From: Octopus sinensis
Taxonomy: Eukaryota
NCBI RefSeq assembly: GCF_006345805.1
Contig: NC_043016.1
Span: 19,716,001-19,780,000, forward strand
Direction: 5' to 3'
Length of the DNA: 64,000 bases
The notes under the pieces were generated by a model. The model was not told the DNA's origin, ran no database searches, and worked only from the letters and a program-made list of their open reading frames with translations. The position numbers and the translations under genes are program-made. Positions 50,282 to 62,527 of this stretch are shown in pieces. Position 1 is the first letter of the stretch, and the number at the start of each line of letters is the position of its first letter.

Positions 50282-51733
50282 CAGGGTTTTCAGAAAGTCA
50301 CTTAGCTTTTACATTTTTAATAATATACATGTCGCAATATAGAATAAAAGAAATGAATATGAATGAAAATTATAAACAATATTGTAAGTGATGTCCTTTT
50401 GGATCAATGCAGGCTTGGATTCATCTTATTTTCTTACTAAACACTGCTTTCAGTTGCTCACTTGATATAGACTGAATTTGATACACTTTAGATTGTGCTA
50501 CTCCCCATAAATAAGAGTCTGTTTGACAAAGATCTAGTGAGCGTGGGAGCCACAAGTCTTTGAAAATAATGTGGTCTCTGAAAAATTTCCTCCGGAAATT
50601 TCATAGATCTATTGAATGTGTGGGTGGTAGCGTCGTCCTGTTAAATGTTGAATAATTGATTTCCTCTCTTGTCATTTGACCAATGAAGCTGGGAAGAATC
50701 GCTGAACAATAGCACTCACTGTTTATTGTGCCCATAATGGAAATAAGGCCAACAATTTGATGTCTGGAAATTGCAACCCACACTCCAAGTTTTAGATCAT
50801 GTAAGGGTATTTTATGAAAACTGGGGGATTATTGGATGCCCACAATCACGTGTTTTGCAAATTGAAGTAACACGAGAGATGGAACCATGCTTCGTCAGTA
50901 AAAAATGTGACATCCAACACATTAGCATTATTCTCTTTGGTAAACCAGTTAAACCATCTGCAATAGTGTAATTGCTTTTCATGATCAGTTGCTTTCAGTT
51001 GTTGTACCACTATTACTTTAAATAGGAAGAGTTTAATTCCTTTCTGACAGCCTTTTGAGCAGTTGCAAGACAAGTATTTTGCAGCTGTGCTAACTTTCAT
51101 AACGGTTTTGATGGACTCTATTGCAGACTGTCAGAAATATCTAACAGTTTTTTCTCAGATAGCTTTGATGGTCTTCCACAATGTTGGGCATCTCCCACTG
51201 ATCCTGTTTCTTGGAATTTAGCAATAAGGTTATGAACTGCATTGCAATGTGGAACAGGGGTATCTGAGAATTTATCCGCAAAACACTGTCACACCAAATC
51301 TGTGTATCTACCACCTTCTCGAATCCCCCAGTTTGCATAAAATACCCTTACATGATCTAAAACTTGGAGTCATCATCATCATCATCGTTTAACGTCTGCT
51401 TTCCATGCTAGCATGGGTTGGACAATTTTGACTGAGGGCTGGCAAACCAGATGGCTGCACTAGGCCCTAATCTTGATTTGGCAGAGTTTCTACAGCTGGA
51501 TGCCCTTCCTAACACCAACCACTTTGAGAGTGTAGTGGGTGCTTTTTATGTGCCACCGGCACGGGGGCCAGTCAGGCGATACTGGCAATGACCTTGCTCG
51601 AATCTTTTTACACATATTTTCAACGAGAAATACATGTTCTTAAGTTGTTAAAACCATATTGAGGTCAAAATTCTGAAATACAAAAGCACAAAATACAATT
51701 AGAAAAGTGCACAGTGACTTTCCGAACACCCTG
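50282..51733 (-). mobile_element. Tc1/mariner (DD37D-like) relic with both TIRs, containing a SINE E
   Basis: TA|cagggttttcagaaagtcact ... agtgactttccgaacaccctg|TA; minus strand reads FFTDEAWFHL, WVAIS..VG, QDDATTH, WLPRSLDL..DSYLWG. Confidence 0.87.
51372..51605 (-). mobile_element. SINE family E inserted in the transposon
   Basis: Family match. Confidence 0.9.
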
Positions 51734-52061
51734 TATATCACTCGTTTTACTTTTTTAGTTTTTCTCCTAGTCTGGCACAAGTTGAACAAGACTTACAAAG
51801 CAATATTCTATGGCTAGATGCCATTTTTGTTGCCAACTCTTATCAATTTTTCAGCTGATCTATTGTTGGTTTGTTTACGTCACTGTAACTTAGTGGCTTG
51901 GCAAAAGAGACTGACAGGATAAGTACCAGACTATTAAAAAAATACTGGGATCAATTTCTTCAACTAAACCATTCAGGGTAGAGGCCTAGCATGGCTACAG
52001 CCCAATGACTAACACAAGTAAAAGATGTGATTTAAATATAATATATATATATATATATATA

Positions 52062-52330
52062 TGGAGGTGCAATGGCAGTGGTTAGGGCAGCAGACTCACG
52101 GTCGTAGGATCGTGGTTTTGATTCCCAGACCAGGTGTTTATTGAGCGAAAACACCTAAAGCTCCATGAGGCTCTGGCAGGGGATGGTGGCGGCGATCCTT
52201 GCTGCACTCTTTTGCCACTACCTTCTCTCACTCTTTCTTCTGTTGGCCTGCTCACTTAGCCAGTGGGGTGGCATCATTTGAAGGCTAAAACAATGTGAAG
52301 CGCATTGTGACCAGTGATGCGTACCAATAT
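52062..52330 (+). mobile_element. SINE family C
   Basis: Family match, directly after (TA)n. Confidence 0.88.
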
Positions 52331-52362
52331 CTTATATCATGTGATCATGTGATATATATATC

Positions 52363-52728
52363 TTTTATTTTTTACTCGTTTTGGTCATTTGACTGTGGCT
52401 GAGCTGCAGCACCACCTTGAAGGGTTTTAGGAGAACGATTTGACTCCAAGACTTATTTTCTTGAGCCTAGTACTTATACTATCAGTCTCTTTTGCTGAAC
52501 TGCTAAGTTATCAGGATATAAACACACCAAGACTAGTTGTCAAGCAGTAGTGGGACACACACACACGGTGGGTTTCTTTCAGTTTATGTCTACCAATAAT
52601 CCACTCACAAGGCTTTGGTCAGTCTGAGGCTATAGTAGAAGAAACTTGCCCAAGGTGCCATGTAATGATACTGAACCTGGAACCATGTGGTTGAGAAGCA
52701 TACTTCTTAGCACACATCTACACCTATG
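52363..52728 (-). mobile_element. SINE family A, decayed
   Basis: Family match. Confidence 0.85.
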
Positions 52729-53146
52729 ATATACATATCATCATCATCATCAATATCTGTTTTCCATGCTGGCATGGGTTGGATGGTTTGACCAAAGCAA
52801 GCTGGCAAGGTATGGAGCTGCACCAAATCCCATTTTGATTTAGCCAGCCATTTTAGTGTCTGTTATGTGCTTTTAAAGTGCCACCGGCATGAATTTTATT
52901 ATGTGACACCAGCACGAGTGCTCTACATGGCACTGGTACAAGTGCCATTTATGTGGTACTGGCATAGGACTCTTTCAGGCCAACCCTCTTCAGCAGGAGA
53001 TTAACACTTCTGCTGTGAAAGATCTAGTAGAAGATACTGCTGCTTAACTACATACACATTTACAAAGCACACTTCGTTACTGCATAGTCCATAAAAATAT
53101 ATGTTTCTATCTGTATAGACAGACATATTTATTGGCTATGCAGAAT

Positions 53147-53208
<62 letters not shown>

Positions 53209-53310
53209 TAATCCAACAAGAAAACACAGAAAAAAAGAGAAAAAAACACAGCAACGCAGGACGTGGAACAATTAAAGTATTATTGATGCTCAGGAAAGAA
53301 GGGAAGGAGG

Positions 53311-53345
53311 GTTTAACGTTTCGAGCGGAGCTCTTCGTCGGAAAC
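53311..53345 (-). ncRNA. Minimal hammerhead-like motif, second copy
   Basis: GUUU-CCGACGA-A-GAGC(UCC)GCUC-GAA-ACGU-U-AAAC; differs from 31084 only in the stem II loop. Confidence 0.45.
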
Positions 53346-53374
53346 AAGGAGAAGGAGGGAAGACAGAGGAGAAA

Positions 53375-53414
<40 letters not shown>

Positions 53415-53654
53415 ATACATACACACATTACTGATGTTACATACCAAATGTATGATTTTTTTTTTTAAGCACTTAATAGCTGTGATATAGCTTCAAGGGG
53501 AAAAATCCTCTGAGTGCTAAAAGACACTGAATCCCCCAAACCAGGTGAGTCAGCTCACCCTGTAGGTGAATGAGAATGCTAAGAGATCAATATTTCACTT
53601 TTATTTCAGTTCTTCAGCATCGTATACCAGATTCAACTTGAAACAAGTTGGAAT

Positions 53655-53878
53655 CTCGAAATACGAGAGAAGCAAAACAGCCAACAACTGATGAAGAGTC
53701 ATTCTTTATGTTGTTTGCCTTGTTTTCCATTTGTATCTTTCATTATTCGAAAAAAATAGTTCATATTCCATGTACTTGTACTTTGTATTTTTTTTGTTGT
53801 ACACGTTTCATGACATCCTGTGCTCACATATGCATATATATATACATATAGATGTATGTACATATACATATGTATATA

Positions 53879-53929
<51 letters not shown>

Positions 53930-54740
53930 ATTATATATATATTATATATATATATATATTGGGATGGTATTATTAAAATACCATCACAAGTGGTAAGCGA
54001 AGTATTAGCCGTACAGGCAAATTAATAAAATATATACATACGATATTAGATATGTACATATATACATAAGGGTACTAAATGAGTACCTATATCGCTCGTG
54101 ATAGAAGTCAAAAAATACTATTTATATTATTTATTATTTATACTATTATTATATGATTGAACGCCACGCATCCTCTTCCAAGTAAGTTTTAGCTTAATAA
54201 TTCTGATGCGCATTCTATATGATCCTTTTACTCTTTCGTTTTTCTCTTTCTCTCTCTTATTCTTTAACCTCCTATTCTATCCTATTACTCTGTTACTCTT
54301 TCTCTCCCTCACTCCTCCTCCCTTGCTCATGTAGCTCCCACGTGACCATCAGCCATCTTTCTTTCTCTCTGTTATAGCTGGAACAAGGAAGACGTGCTCT
54401 TGTTTGTCTCCTGTCCAAGCTTGATTTACGCATTTGCCACCACAACCCTGTTTAGGCTTAGCCGCCCTTCCTGTTTGTTTTCACTGTTCTGTTTGTTTTA
54501 CCTATTTTGACCCTTCGCAAAATCCCAAATTTTATTTAATTTGCTTTGCAGGAGCAACTGTTTTATCAAAAGTGTATATTGTTGTGAATTGCTCGAAATA
54601 CAAGACTAGCGAAACAGCCAACAACTGTACTTTGTATTTTTTTGTTGTACACGTTTTTTGATGCCCTGTGCCCATATATGCATATATATATACATATAGA
54701 TGTAAGTATGTACATATACATATGTATATATGCATATATA
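53655..54740 (+). mobile_element. Element bounded by imperfect direct repeats (53655-53888 and 54592-54740)
   Basis: ctcgaaatac..aaacagccaacaactg..tactttgtatttttttgttgtacacg..gcatatatatatacatatagatg occurs twice. Confidence 0.6.
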
Positions 54741-54769
54741 TATTATTTATATTATATATATAAACAATT

Positions 54770-54995
54770 TTTTCGTGGCCGTTGCTAGTACCGCCTGACT
54801 GGCCCTCATGCAGATGGCGCGTAAAAGCACCCACTACACTCACGGAGTCGTTGGCATTAGGAAGGGCATCCAGCTGTAGAAACTCTGCTAGATCGAGATT
54901 GGAGCCTGGTGCAGCCATCTGGTTCACCAGTCCTCAGTCAAATCGTCCAACCCATGCTAGCATGGAAAGCGGATGTTAAACGATGATGATGATGA
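54770..54995 (+). mobile_element. SINE family E, young
   Basis: Reverse complement of the 36838 and 51372 type; ends (GAT)n. Confidence 0.9.
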
Positions 54996-55656
54996 TATAC
55001 ATATATATATATGCATGTAAAAGGTACCCAGTACATGTTCTGTGGAGTGGGTGGCATTAGGAAGGGCATCCAACTGTAGAAACCAAGCTAAAACAGACTG
55101 GAACCTGATGCAGCAGTTCCAGTCAAACTGTTTAACCTACATGAGCATAGAAAACAGAGGTTAACTGATGATTCATTTGGGTTTCATTTACATCCATTTT
55201 TCCATGCTTGTATGAGTTAGACAAATATATTGCTGAGGCATAGTTTCATAGTTGGATGCCCTTCCCTGCACTAACTCTTAACTGTTTTCCAAGTTAAGGA
55301 TTCATCATTTCACTCGTCTTTGAAGGTGCAAAGTGAGCAGGTGATTTGTTGGCAGGAACAACAACAGTACCTCTTTGTTGCTTTTGATATTCAGAAAAAT
55401 GCAGCTGTTCATAAATACAGACCTGCACACATGTACACACTCATGGCTTTATTTTTCTCTGCATCAGATCTACTCACAAGGCTCTGGTTGGCCCAGTGTT
55501 GTAGTAGTGGACACTTGCATAAGGTGCACTACAGTTTGATTGAACCCCAAACCATGTGATTTGAAAGCTTGCTTCTTAACCATGTCACTATTCCGATACC
55601 TATAGCCATTTAAGTCATACTTATACACATGCTATATTTTGCTACACTACACGCAC

Positions 55657-55715
<59 letters not shown>

Positions 55716-55816
55716 TCAAATTAGTGAATGGAATAGATAAAATCCAGAAATCCAGGCTACACATGTTCCATAGCTAGCAGCACCTTAGAAGTAGTAATTA
55801 TCTAACTGAGGGGTAA

Positions 55817-55858
<42 letters not shown>

Positions 55859-55872
55859 TATATATAATGAGT

Positions 55873-56262
55873 GCAGGCATGGTTGTGTAGTAAGAAGCTT
55901 GCTTCCCAACCACATGGTTCTGGGTTCAGTCCCACCACATGGCACTTTGGACAAGTGTCTTCTACTATAAAGTTGGGCCAACCAAAGCCTTGTGAGTAAA
56001 TTTGGTAGATAGAAGCTGAAAGAAGCCCATCAAATAATAATGTGTGTGTGTGTGTGTCTGTCTGTCTGTGTTTGCCCCCTCCCCCCAATCACCATTTGAA
56101 CACTGGTGTTGGTGTGCTTACATCCCTGTAACTTAGTCGTTCAGCAAAATAGACCAATTGAATAAATACTAGGCTTAAGAAATAAGTCCTGCGGTCAATT
56201 CGTTTGACTAAAATACTTTCAAGGCGGTGCTCCAGCATGGGCACAGTCAAATGACTGAAAAG
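55873..56262 (+). mobile_element. SINE family A
   Basis: Family match. Confidence 0.9.
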
Positions 56263-56317
56263 AATATGTGTGTGTGTGTGTGTGTCTGTATATATATATA
56301 TATATATGAAAATATAT

Positions 56318-56610
56318 ATGGAGGCGCAATGGCCCAGTGGTTAGGGCAGCGGACTCGCGGTTTCAATTCCCAGACCGGGCATTGTGAGTGTTTATTGAGC
56401 GAAATCACCTAAAGCTCCACGAGGCTCTGGCAGGAGGTGGTGGCGATCCCTGCTGTACTCTTTCGCCACAACTTTCTCTCACTCTTTCTTCTGTTGGCCT
56501 GCTCGCTTAGCCAGCGAGGTGGCATCATTTGAAGGCTAAAACAATGCGAAGCGCATTGTGACCAGCGATGTGTAGCAACATCTGATAGCCTGGTCGGTCA
56601 CGGTGATCAT
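56318..56610 (+). mobile_element. SINE family C, young
   Basis: Family match. Confidence 0.92.
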
Positions 56611-57277
56611 GGTGATATACATATATATATATATATTGAGAGAGAGAGTATAATGTGTTCTCCAGAGAAATATACTAACCAAAAGAAAATAGAAATAATC
56701 CTAAATTTTTGGTGCCAATGTGATATACCTTGTTGCACCTTTTGTGTACTATCTGCATTCAAAAGATAATTACATTTAAAAAAATTGTTTTATCAGTGTA
56801 CATACATGTGTGTACGTACATGTGTGAGAGACAGATAGAGAGCGATTCAGTATGAGTGTGTATTTGTATACCTGCAATGTCACTACGATATGATTTGACG
56901 TGTCCCAAAAGACAATGTTAAGTTCTATACCCACACGCACACATATACGTATGCAGTTTCTCTCGCATGCACACACCAACACACATACATATACACATTC
57001 ACACACACACACACAAACAAACTACACAACTAACATATGTAACCAGATCAGATGTAGACAGAAGCTTTTTTGGCTCTTCTGTCTATAATACCCATCAATT
57101 TATTTATTTATTTATTATTTTGTTCTTTTTCATTATTGTTTTGATTTTGGTTCCATTTTTATTTTATTTTCTCTTATTTTTTTGTTTCTTTTCTTTATAT
57201 ATATATATATATATAATATATTTTTATATAACTTTTCTTCCAACTTTTAGCAAACTTCTCTTCTTTTCTTTTCTTAC

Positions 57278-57316
57278 TGCCGAGGAATCCGAGATGCTCA
57301 AGATGTTCACTTGCAT
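57278..57316 (-). CDS. Speculative first coding exon of the - gene (MQVNILSISDSSA)
   Basis: agcATG with A at -3, donor GCA|gtaaga, phase 0 fits 48728. Confidence 0.25.
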
Positions 57317-57334
57317 GCTATCCACCCCACCCCC

Positions 57335-57470
57335 AATCCACTGCCACCGTCACCACCACCACCACCACCACCATCATCACCATCACTATCACACCCACTA
57401 CCATCATCATCATCACCACCACCACCACTACTACTACTGCTGCTGCTGCTACTGTCAGTACTAACATCAC
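57335..57470. repeat. (CAC)n/(CAT)n/(CTG)n trinucleotide tract
   Basis: Read directly from the sequence. Confidence 0.95.
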
Positions 57471-58060
57471 CAACAACCTCTAACGCCACCACCAGCATCA
57501 CCCCATCCTTATAACGAAACCATCCCCTCCCTCACCTCCCAACCTAAACCAACCCATTCCCCTTCCCAATCACTATTCTGTTCATGGTACCACCCCCACA
57601 CCACTCTCTGGTAACTCCCCCCCCCCAATACAAACCATCCATGTTCGCCTCCCTCACTAAGTAATAGCAGTGCATGCACATAGTTTTCGTACTCCAACTC
57701 AAACTGATTATTGGCAAGGATATATAAACACACACACACACACATATATATATAAATATATACACACATACATACATACATACATATATATGTGTATATT
57801 TATGTATGTATGTTCTTCAATGCTTTTAATGTGATCCTGGATGTTTATACACAGATACATGTTCATATATTTCGTCCTGCCTACCGTGCAAAACACAAAA
57901 TGGATTCTGCAGTTTGTTTGATCTACACACTATATACCCCACATCCTCAACACACACAAGGATGTATTCATATGCACTAAAACGTTGGGGATTGAAGTAT
58001 GTATTATTTGTATATATATATATATATGCGTGTGTGTATGAATATGTTTCTGTATGTGAA

Positions 58061-58114
<54 letters not shown>

Positions 58115-58315
58115 CATGTGCACATCGTTGAATTTTTCATATTTTCTAGTTTCATTTTCTTTTTGCTGTTTTGTTTGTCTTGATGATGATGATGATGATG
58201 GTGTTTGTATTTTCTTCTGTTCTCAATGTGGTCTTTTTTGTATCAACATGTTATTCTCTGTGGGCCTCCTGTATGTATAGTGTTTGTGTGTGTGTGTGTG
58301 TATATATATACATAC

Positions 58316-58371
<56 letters not shown>

Positions 58372-58907
58372 GTCTGCATTCATGTGTACACACATATATG
58401 CATCTACCGGTGTTTATTCATATGCATTGTATATGAGTGTATATGCTTACATATATGTGTATTCCGGATTTTAAGCAAGCATGTGCATGCTTGTATGTTT
58501 TATGTGTTTATACAACACACACAACACACACACCCATACCACAGATTTTTATTTATGTGCAGTATGTCTTAGTGTTTTTCAATAGCTAAGTGTATCTATT
58601 ATATGTAAATGTGAATTCCCTTTGCACTTTTCAGATTATATATTCTTGATTATATTATATTTCTGAGTATCAAGAATTTGTATTTATGAATGAGTTTAAC
58701 TTGTTGTGTGTGTGTGTGTGTGTACATTTATTCACTGGCTTTACTCAGTCGAACAAACTCAACAATTTCTCTCTGAGTACTAGTTTTTAAAAAATAATAA
58801 CCCTTATCTCACCTTAAATTTCAGCTTTGTTTTCCCATATTCTTATTTTTTCTAATAGTTCCACATATTTTGTGGAAGTGGGCAGTACTCAGAGGTGTTA
58901 GGTATAT

Positions 58908-59133
58908 CGGCGAGCTGGCAGAAACGTTAGCACGCCGGGTGAAATGCTTAGTGGTATTTCGTCTGCGTTACGTTGTGAGTTCAAATTCCGCCAAGGTCGA
59001 CTTTGCCTTTCATCCTTTCGGGGTCGATAAATTAAGTACCAGTTACGCACTGGGGTCGATGTAATCGACTTAATACCTATGTCTGTCCTTGTTTGTCCCC
59101 TCTGTGTTTAGCCCCTTGTGGGTAATAAAGAAA
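58908..59133 (+). mobile_element. SINE family B
   Basis: 9-bp TSD taggtatat at 58899 and 59134. Confidence 0.93.
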
Positions 59134-59206
59134 TAGGTATATGAAGATGATTGCTGGCCAGTAGTGTGTATATGTGTGTGTGTGGATGTGATCCTATGTA
59201 TTTGCA

Positions 59207-59249
<43 letters not shown>

Positions 59250-60237
59250 GTTATTATTATTGTAAAGTTACAAAAATGACTCAAGGACGAGAGTTTCATG
59301 CATGGCACCAAATTTTTCCTGTTTGCTCTTCCAGACCAGTATGCGTGTGTACATACACAGGTAATTAGATAGATAATTAGGTGTACATCCAGTAATCTTA
59401 GAGGATGTAATTAGACCATGATCAAATTCCAAATGGAATGACCATTAAAGATATTGGTTTTACAAATCATATGAAGGGATTTGGGACCCTACAGAATAAT
59501 GCCAGTCCATTTATGTTGACACAGATCAGCAATTAATTAAATTGTTCCAGCATATGTGACTGGTACTTTATTTTTATCAAGGCATTGTTTCAGAATTGTT
59601 ATTTTGACATCAGTCGGTCTTCAGTGTGTGTGCAAAAGTGTGTTTGGCTGTCCGGCTCTGTCAAACAGATGAAACACAATGTCGCACAGTCACTCACAAT
59701 CACTCACAACATCATAGATCTTTACCGAAAGATTGCCTTTTATCAACCTCACAAGTTCGAAGCAATGGTGACACAGAGTAGAATTTGATTTCGAAATGTA
59801 TAGAACTAGAGCGAATATTGGAAGGCATTTTATTCAATCATTCTTCTAATTTATCATTCTTTATGTATGAGTTTGTGTGTGTATATGCATAAATCATGTG
59901 TTTGTTTATTTTGCATGGCTGAATGTATGTAGATGTGTTAAATGTATGTAAAGTTTGTGTGTGTGTGTGTGTGTCTGTTTTTCTGTAGAGGTTCTGTTTC
60001 AAAATATATACCCTTATGATATTGTACATGCCACAAATTTTGTAATTGTTTATGCACATATATAATATGGATGTATTTAGATGCATAAATTTGTTTTGGG
60101 GTATTTTGTATGTATGCATCAAATTGTGCATCCTGTATGTATGTATGTATGTATTTATGCTATTGCGTGCATGTGTGTGCACACGCTTAGCAACTTGTGA
60201 GTTACTGTTGTTTCTCAAGCAATTTTTTGTTGAATTC

Positions 60238-60530
60238 TTTTACTGATTTTAGTCATAGTTGTGGCCCTGCTGGGGCACTACTCTCAAGAGTTTAGTCAAT
60301 CTTAACCCCAGTAGTTTTCAATCTGGCACCTTTTCATGTATGTGTGTGTGTGTATTACAGTGGGCCTCCATGCAGTATCCTGCCAAATTCTACTCACTGC
60401 ATTGGTCAGTTCAGTTCAGTTCTTTAATAGAAGGCATTTGGACATTTGCCAAGATGGTGCTTGGTGAGATTGAACCTAGAACCATTTGGTTACAAAACAA
60501 ACTTCTTAACCACACTAGCTGTTTATGTAC
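60238..60530 (-). mobile_element. Old SINE A
   Basis: Degenerate tail and head motifs. Confidence 0.65.
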
Positions 60531-61112
60531 TTATACCATTTACACTTATATAATATGAGATATTTAATACAAAAACATTCAGGTTCTAAATTGGGAGAGA
60601 GGGTAGCATTATATCTGGGTGTCAGGAAAAAAAAAAACGAGAAAGAGAAAAACAACATAGTGATTTTTTCTAATTTTGGCACTAGGCCAGCAATTTCAGG
60701 GGGATTGGAATGGTTGATTACATCAAACCCGACTACTTAACTGGAATTTTATATTATCAACACCCAGCAGGGATGGGATGTCAAAGTCGACCCCGATGGA
60801 ATTTGAACTCAGAACATAAAGAGCCAGAAGTAATTCTACTTGACATTTTGTCTAACACCCTAACAATTCTGTCAGCTGATAATAAGAGTATAAAATAAAC
60901 CTATTTGTGGAGACAGAAATTAAGGTTGCATTATATTCTGAACACACATTGTACTGAGGCAAAATACCTTTTCACTATTGTTTCAATTAGCTAAATTTCT
61001 TAAGTGGTGCCTGCTCTACTCAGGCTGGCAGGTAGGTAACCAGCACAGCTGTAATAGCAGGGCAATTTACACCAATTTGATGGTGATGTACACCGGTTTG
61101 ATGTAAACTTAC

Positions 61113-61171
61113 CTCTTACATTTTAAGTAGTCAAGGCACTTGTTGCAGACAGGTGCCTTAGACTCCAGTAG
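61113..61171 (-). CDS. Speculative - strand exon (LLESKAPVCNKCLDYLKCK), phase 0 to 2
   Basis: Acceptor gattcccaatag, donor GAG|gtaagt; contains CxxC; not linked to other exons. Confidence 0.3.
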
Positions 61172-62299
61172 CTATTGGGAATCATTTAAATATTTCTTTT
61201 TGTATTTTCAATGGGTTTTTAAATTTTTAAAAAATAAAATATGTCTTTTGGGTTTAAAATTTTTTTTTTGTAATTGTGAGGTTATATACTATCAAAGTTT
61301 CAAATTTAAGTACCACAAGTCTTTAGTTGAGGCTGTTGATTCCTAGTATCTGTTTGGTACTTTATTTTATCAACTCGCAGGGATAAAAGGCAAGGTTGTT
61401 GGCAACATTTGAATTTGGAACATAAAAACCTGAAGCTAATATTGCAATTTCTTTCAAGGCTTTAACAATACAAATCCACAACTGTGAACAAGTGTTTAAA
61501 AGGACAATGGTGTTTTTAAAGGAAGGAGATGAGTTGATGTTACTCACTTCATTGGTACTCTAGTTTTTTTTTGTTTTTGTTTTTTTCATATTCCGGAAAG
61601 ATGGAAAGCAAAAGTTGATCTTCACTTGATTTGAACTCAGAATGTAAAATGATGTAAAACTACCACACGACATTTAGTTTGGCGCTGTAATGATTCAGTA
61701 ATGATTGGGAACATTACAAAGACAAAATACAAAATATTTAAAAAATGGAAAGAATAGGATCAATGTACATTAAGTTAAAGAGATGGGGGTGAATCAATAA
61801 TAACAATAAAAACATAACTAATAAGTAACAACAATGTAAAACCTCATAGTATCAAGCAAGGACCCTTAAAGTTAATAGGAGAGGTCACTCGATATGTTAA
61901 CATCTCAACACAATCTCAGAATACCCAGGTGTAATCATTGCCCACCCACCCTACACCCACACCTGTAAGGCAAGTACCTTTTCACTGTTTTGTCAAGCAA
62001 CTGACAGCAACATTATTAGAATAAACCCACTAAACCATGCAATTTTCACCTGGCAACACCTCTCTACCCTCACTTTCCAACAATAATAATAACAATGGTT
62101 TCAAATTTTGGCACAAGGCCAGCAGTTTTAGGAGAGGGTCAATTACATTGATCCCAGTGCTCCACTGATATTTACTTTATCAGCCCCCCCCCCCCCTCCC
62201 CAAAAGGATGAAGGCAAAGTCGACCTTGCTGGCATTTGAACTCAGAATGTAAAGACAGACAAAAGCTGCAAAGTATTTGTCCAGCTTGCCACCTTAATA

Positions 62300-62527
62300 T
62301 ATTTCTTTACTGCCCACAAAGGGCTAAACATAGAGGGGACAAACAAGGACAGACAAATGGATTAAGTCGATTACATCGACCCCAGTGCGTAACTGGTACT
62401 TAATTTATCGACCCCGAAAGGATGAAAGGCAAAGTCGACCTCGGTGGAATTTGAACCCAGAATGTAACGGCAGACGAAATACGGCTACGCGTTTCGCCCG
62501 GCCTGCTAACGTTTCTGCCAGCTCGCC
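62300..62527 (-). mobile_element. SINE family B, full length, preceded by a decayed copy at 62130-62295
   Basis: Family match. Confidence 0.93.

Noticed and set aside
52979-53047. Plus-strand terminal-exon-like ORF ANPLQQEINTSAVKDLVEDTAA*
   Set aside because: The acceptor sits at the edge of a decayed SINE and no upstream donor links to it.
56967-57514. Poly-His and poly-Pro ORFs
   Set aside because: They are by-products of the (CAC)n/(CAT)n tract.
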